Assembly: GCA_964016885.1 (NCBI GenBank)
Contig: OZ024742.1
Span: 130,200,001 to 130,264,000, forward strand
DNA length: 64,000 nucleotides
Direction of reading: 5' to 3'
Source: Eledone cirrhosa
Lineage: Eukaryota
The first letter of the stretch is position 1. Each line of letters opens with the position of its first letter. The notes beneath the pieces are model-generated. The model did not search any database, was not told the origin of the DNA, and saw only the letters and a program-made list of their open reading frames with translations. Position numbers and translations under genes: made by a program. Shown here one piece after another: positions 57,931-64,000 of this stretch.

Positions 57931-59075
57931 GTAAGTTTTGTTCGCACATTCTGCTAAAACTACCATAATATATTTAGGATGTTTCTAGAGTTTCTTTTCA
58001 AATTATTTTTGCAGGGCTGGGGTTGGGTTTAATACACGTTTGTAAGATCAACTTGGTGCTTAATTTGAGCTGAGCCTTGAGCCCCATCTTACATGTATTT
58101 CTGCACTTTGCAGTGTATTGGGTATATTTTATCATGGTTCCAACACTGGAAGTTGCCTTGCCTTTGACACAACTAGTGTCTTCTCAACCCTGGTTTGGCG
58201 AGTTTTCTATTTATTTAAAGTGAGATGCTACCTTTTTCAGATGTCTAGGAAACCAGGAGGAAAATTTAATCCGTTTTGTATCCAATCTTTGGAGAATGTT
58301 GCATGGCTATACACAACAGCCTGTGTGAGTGGATGGGTTGACAGGGTTAAGTTTGTACCCAAACTGTTGTATCTTGCCTATTTTTCAGTTAGCTGACTCA
58401 GTGTTTGTGGTTTATTTACAGTTTCATCTTCAAACTGTAACTACCTATGTCTGTTGTTTTGCAGGGTTTGAATGACAAATTAATGAGACCATGTGATGGA
58501 TTTTTCTGTTGCATCGTGTGTTGATTTGATAAAATGTGGCAGTTGTTTATAGGATATTGATTAGACTATACGTTAGGTGTCCACATAAAGCTGCTCTAAG
58601 ATGGATGGATGTATGCTTTCTACAAAATTTGATGACTTTTGCATATACATAACTGTCTAGATCTGTAAGAACAATGCTATTTTTTATGAAAGCTTGGTTT
58701 AATGGGTAGGTGCAAATAACTGACTTCCAGAAAAGGGTTAATCCATATTTTGCCAGAAGTAAAGGTTCTGGGATTTCTGATTTTCCACGCATTGATGTGT
58801 AAATAGGTACACAGTATCAATCTCGTGTGTGTCATTAAGAGGCGACAACTAAAGCATTGCTTTAAAAGACTGGGCCTATTATAAGTGTAATATAACTTTT
58901 CATGAGTTTACATGGCAACCTCTTTTAGCAGGGTCTTCCCCTTTTAACACTGATTGAGGCAATAAAGTTATGTATATATTTATAATACCCTATTTCTAAA
59001 CATAATACAAAATTAATTGCTTCTTTTAATAGTTTTGCTTTGAATATATATTTACAATTTTTTTTCTCCTTCCAG

Positions 59076-59099
59076 ATGCTGTATCCATCAAGAATCTAA
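59076..59099 (+). CDS. RPL35A: RPL35A last coding exon
   Basis: ttccag|MLYPSRI-stop, the conserved eL33 C-terminus; total CDS 402 nt. Confidence 0.96.
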   Translation: MLYPSRI

Positions 59100-59117
59100 A
59101 GACATGTATGTTATTAG

Positions 59118-59123
59118 AATAAA
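59118..59123 (+). terminator. RPL35A polyadenylation signal
   Basis: AATAAA 19 nt after the stop, followed by a U-rich downstream tract. Confidence 0.8.
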
Positions 59124-59329
59124 ATGTTTTCCAGACTATTTAAACTTTGGTTTTTTTTTAAACTTGTTCATTAACTACATTTTGATTGGTATATTTTCCT
59201 ATAGCAGTTTGTGCCATGGTATCATGACTGTTGGGTGTAAAATCAGTTGGTTGGTGGAATTTGCAGGTGACATGGTGTTACTTAACTCAACAGGATGATC
59301 TTCAACTTGCACTTCATAGGTTTGATGCC

Positions 59330-59960
59330 AAGTGCTGCAAAAACTGAGATGCTCGTCCACTCAAGGAAGCTTGCACAGTGTACTCTACATGTGAATGGAG
59401 TTCCACTGAAGCCGGTAGAGAAGTTCAAATATCTCTGGGCCATATTCACAAGTGGTGGGAGGCTGGATTAAGAGCAAGAGTTGGTGGAGTAATGCACCAG
59501 CTTCAGAAGAGGAGAGGTAGCCAAACTCGCTATCTTCTTGCCAACTTTTACCTGTGGTCATGAATCTTGGGTAATGACCATAAGAATATGATCACGAATA
59601 ACAGCTGCCGAAGTGGGATTTTTCCAAGGGGCCTTCGGAGTAATGTTACTCGATAAAGTGCAAAGCTCAGATTAGAGTCGCTACTTCTCAGAGAGATCAC
59701 AGCACCAATACTATGGGCATGTTGTTAGAATGTCTCAGGAAAGAATTGTTGGGCAGATTTTACAGGCAAAACCAACTGGCAGGGGACCCAGGGGTAGTCC
59801 TCAAGTAAGAGAGTCGGATAACATCCATGAAGTTGGCTGGTCATACTTGGGGGTCCAGCCAGATAAGTTGAAGACACTTGCTTCTGACAGGACCTGCTGG
59901 AAAGACCTTTTGAGGACTCTGCTACCACAACCCTCTCAGGATTAAATAGGCAAAGAAGTC
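59330..59960 (+). mobile_element. Old degraded RTE C-terminal fragment (different family)
   Basis: TCGHESWVMT, AAEVGF, YGHVVRMSQERIVGQILQAKPTGRGPRG. Confidence 0.75.
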
Positions 59961-61699
59961 TGTCTTTGCCATCATGAGTATTTTCATTGATTAATCATCT
60001 GTCAAAGATAAAGGTTCTGAATTGTTTCAACAAATGGAGAACTTTCATCCAAGGATCTCTGCTTCACTGATCACAACACTTTATATCAATCTCCTGTTTG
60101 TTGTTGCTTTTGTCTACAAGCAACGCTTTCCACACATCCAGATGCAGTCTAAATTCTATTTAGTGTCAGGTCAGTCGTGTCCTTGAGCAGACACTTTATT
60201 TAATGTTGCTCCAGTTTACTCAGATGTAGAAATGAGTTGCAAAGTTGAATCTGCCTTTGCCTATCCCTTGGACAGTATTTATGGCATAAAGGATCTGGTA
60301 TACTTGGGCGATTGCTGGCCTTCCACAAAATCACCTTGCCCTGGCTTGTCCCTCAGAGGGGAACTTTCTATGTGCAAAACCCATGGTCACTTGGGACTGA
60401 AGAGGGTCTTGACTCTGTGTGCAATCAGGTGTTTTCTCAGTTAACCATTTCATAGTCATATTTCAAATGAAATACACAATTTCTTCTATTAATAATTTTT
60501 TGTTTGTTTGGTGCAGGTGCTAATATTTAATTACCAGGGTAGTTACTTAATATATGGTTCTCATAAAAACTTAGGTTTTATTGGTATCAAAAGGGTTAAT
60601 CTATATTTTGCCAGAAATAAAGGTTCTGGGTGTTCAGAACAAGCTGAGAATACTATCTGTTTATATGCTCCACTTGTATTCTATTTACATTTCTTTATTC
60701 AAGGGAGTGAATGGCACAATGGTGATTAAAGAATCTGTATGACAAGCAACAAGCTAGTCAGTGGAAAAAGAGTTCACTGTAAACAGTAGTTTGACAGGGA
60801 TCCTAATGTCTCCTTTGGCATTCAATCTTTACTCTGAGAAAGTGCGTAGATACACATTCCTGGATTGGAGTTACTGTTGGTAAGAGAGCAACAACCTGTG
60901 GTGGTGTGCTCATAGCAAATCTACAAACACTGCTGGATCAAGTTGACAGAATTTAAAGCAAATATAGTTTGGAGATCATCAAAAAGACAAAAGTAATGGC
61001 AGCAACTAGACAAGAAAGAAATGAACAAACAGAGTCAGGAAGTTCAATACTTGAGCAAATAGAAAGCAATAAAATAAAATCAGATTGAAAGAGAAAAAAG
61101 TATTGTCAGAGAAGAAATGTATGTGTGATAGTTATATTTTCAAGGGAATATAACACCAACGATGATGTAGTAAATGTTGCTGTCGAAGTCCAAGCCAAGA
61201 AATTTAAAATTCTTTCTGTCTCCTGTTAACTTCTGCCTGAGTAGTTCATTCATTCATACATATTTATTAAATACCTTCTTGTTTCCTTTGAATCAACTCT
61301 TACTTTCTCTCCTATTTACCTCTGTCTATAGAACTTGCTCATTCATGCACATTATTTATTAACTACTTTGTTTCCTGCAGTAATTTTTTCTTTCTAACTG
61401 CAGCTTCGAATCTACTCCTTTTAAAGGCATCCTGTATCTCTCCAACCCACCAGTTATAAATTCCAACAGCACAGTATGTTTTCACTAATCCAAACTTCTA
61501 ATCACAATAGCCAATACTTTGGCTACTACTACTCCTAAACATTATCATAGACCTGGTTGTTTCATATGATGGAGTGTCAGAGCACTCACAAAAACGAAGA
61601 TGAATTCACCTCCCATCTCCAGATAACTATGCAAACATTCCTTTTCATTTCAAGCATGGAAAACCAACATAACCCCATCTCCCATTCTTCCCTGGCTTC

Positions 61700-64000
61700 C
61701 TCCCACTAAACTCCATAACTTCAGAGTTGGTCCCTTGAATGTAGGTACGATGAAAGGATGATCAAGTGAGATTGTAGAGGTGCTTGAATGAAAGAAAGTC
61801 GATGTTTGCTGTGTACAAGAGACTAGATGGAGGTGAGGGTCAGTTAGATTCATTGTGGGCAATAAACAATGCTACAAATTTTTCTGGACAGGTAATGACA
61901 AGGGGCTGATTGGAGTAGGAATTATATCAGCAGAGAAATGGGTAGATAAGGTAACTGACGTAGAGCAAATGACAGAATCATTCAAATCACACTAGTCCTA
62001 AATAGAACTCAATTATATCTGCTTATGCACCCCAATCAAGTCTACCAAATGTTATAAAAGACAGGTTCTGAGTCCCTAATGTACATTACTTTCCATATAA
62101 ATGATAGTGACTTTAATGAACATGTTGGACAACATTGCAATGGAGGTTATGGGTTTGGTACTAGAAACGAGGAAGGTTACAGGATTCTGTAATGCCAGTG
62201 ACCATCTGTAACAAACTTTAAAAAATGTGACAATCACTTGATCACCAATAGTTCAGGGGAGCACACCAGCCAGATAGATTTTATCGTTACCAGAAGATGA
62301 GTGTCTGTTGTAAACAGTCACTTCTTGATGAAGAATGCACCTCTCAACATAACCTAAGTTAGCGACCTTTTAGTCAGGGCTAAACGATCTCAATAACAGG
62401 ACAATCTTGAAAAGAAGGTAGAAGTTGAAGGCCCCACAGCTAGAAACAAATTTAGAGATGTTACTCGATGCTTTTGACAGTAAGGAAGAGGAAATAGAGA
62501 AGTGGGAATTCCTGAAAGATAACCTGTTGAAGACAACAAATTAAATCTGTGGTTGGAGCAGGCCTCTAGGGAGGAGGGTGACCTAGTGGTAGAAAAGTAG
62601 GGTAGAGGAGACAAAGCCAAAAAGCAGGCATAGAAAGATTGGTGAGAGGAAGTAGAGAACACTACCAGGTGGCTAGGACAAATGTTAGGTAACAAGTGTG
62701 CCTTGAAGTAGGGAAGCAGAAGATAAAAAATATAAGCATGTTATCAAACACGAGGATCATGGGCATGAAGTATTCAGGATTGTGAGACATGTCAAGGAAA
62801 ATTGTGATATTGTTGGAGAGAAATGTGTCAATGATGATAATGGTGTACTTGCCCTCACTGATGCTGAAAAGAAAGCAGCATAGTGCCACTATGAAAAAAC
62901 TACTAAATGAGGAGAATGAATGGGATGTAGATAGTTTATCCCAAATTGACTCAACAGGGGGATCGGCTGTGCTAGGTAGTAGTAATATAAGAAATACGGC
63001 AATCTAAGATATGAGGACAGGTAAGGCAGCTGGAGCTTCAGGGATAGTTGCTAAGATGCTGAAAGCATCTGGGATGTTGGGTCACACCATGTTCATCCGT
63101 ATAGTAAACCAAGTAATACAGAATGATGTCATATCCAATGACTGGCATAGCAACATCATAGTCAACTGTTACAAGGGCAAAGGAGATGCCAAACAGTGAA
63201 AATTATAGACACTAAGTTGGTTGACCATGTCATGAAGGTCACTGAAAGAGTCATCACAGTGTGCAGGAAAGGAGTAGGTAGAAATTCCATCCTATGTCCC
63301 AAATGCAAGCTATGGGTATATAAAAGATGTAGTGGTATCACAGGCAAGCTATCTAAGAATGTAGATTTTATATGTGGCCAATGCATAGGTGCAGTAAGTA
63401 GCAAGTCCCCACAGGACACTAGTTCCTTCGAATGCCCAGATGGTTCTATAGAAATAGTTGACTCTTTCCATTACCTGGGTGATGTAATCAAGAGTGGAGG
63501 AGGGTGTTCCGAAAGTACAATAGCCCAAGTAAGAACGGGATGGAGAAAGTTCAGAGGTTTTTCCTTAAAATGAAGGGCAGATTGTATGATGTATGTATAC
63601 AAACAGCAATATTACATAGTAGTGAAACCTGAGCAGTGTGTGCAGAGAACCTACGAAGACTGGAAAGAAACGAAGCATGCATGCTCCAATGGACAAACAG
63701 CAAAGTGTAAATGAACTAAGAAAGAAATTAGGTAAGAGAGGGATCAGATGTGTATGAAGGACGATAGCTGTATAAAGAGGTGCAGGGCAATCAAAATTGA
63801 TGGCAGCTATGGAGTACGAAGATCTGGGACAAGGTGATAAAAGCTGATCCTGTGTAACTGAACCTCTCAAAAACAATGACACAGGATCAAGATCTTTGGC
63901 ATAATGCAATATAGAAGACACACCTTCCCCTGCACAGCAAACTTAAACATATACCTAGTAGGCACCTCTTAACCACTATACTCCACCTACACTGAACAAA
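61700..64000 (+). mobile_element. Old, heavily mutated family-A-like RTE LINE with a large internal RT deletion
   Basis: Collinear with 42065 onward (LNVGT, VQETRW, SAYAPQS, GKAAG, NCYKGKG). It jumps from KVTERVI directly to VCRKGVGRN at ~63258. Confidence 0.9.

Overview
AT-rich animal genomic DNA, most likely an octopod cephalopod (inferred from tRNA-SINE and RTE repeat types and very long (TA)n arrays; not provable here). Two host genes sit head-to-head about 130 bp apart. RPL35A/eL33 is complete on the + strand: a 5'-TOP non-coding exon plus 4 coding exons, 133 aa, 52.5-59.1 kb. An IQCG/DRC9-like ciliary gene is on the - strand: exon 1 at 52.3 kb, exon 2 at 18.2 kb, with the rest probably left of the window. 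The ORF track misses both genes. The ~34-kb first intron of the IQCG-like gene holds a ~17-kb (TA)n-nucleated retroelement island. It contains RTE LINEs with a PHD finger inside the RT domain, a 0.6-kb internally deleted RTE with a ribozyme-like 5' end and a C2H2 finger remnant, and two oppositely oriented hammerhead-ribozyme (Penelope-type) elements sharing a conserved downstream stem-loop. The first 9.3 kb is a 54-bp minisatellite. SINEs, MITEs and a CR1-type fragment fill the rest. Most long ORFs in the track are repeat artefacts.
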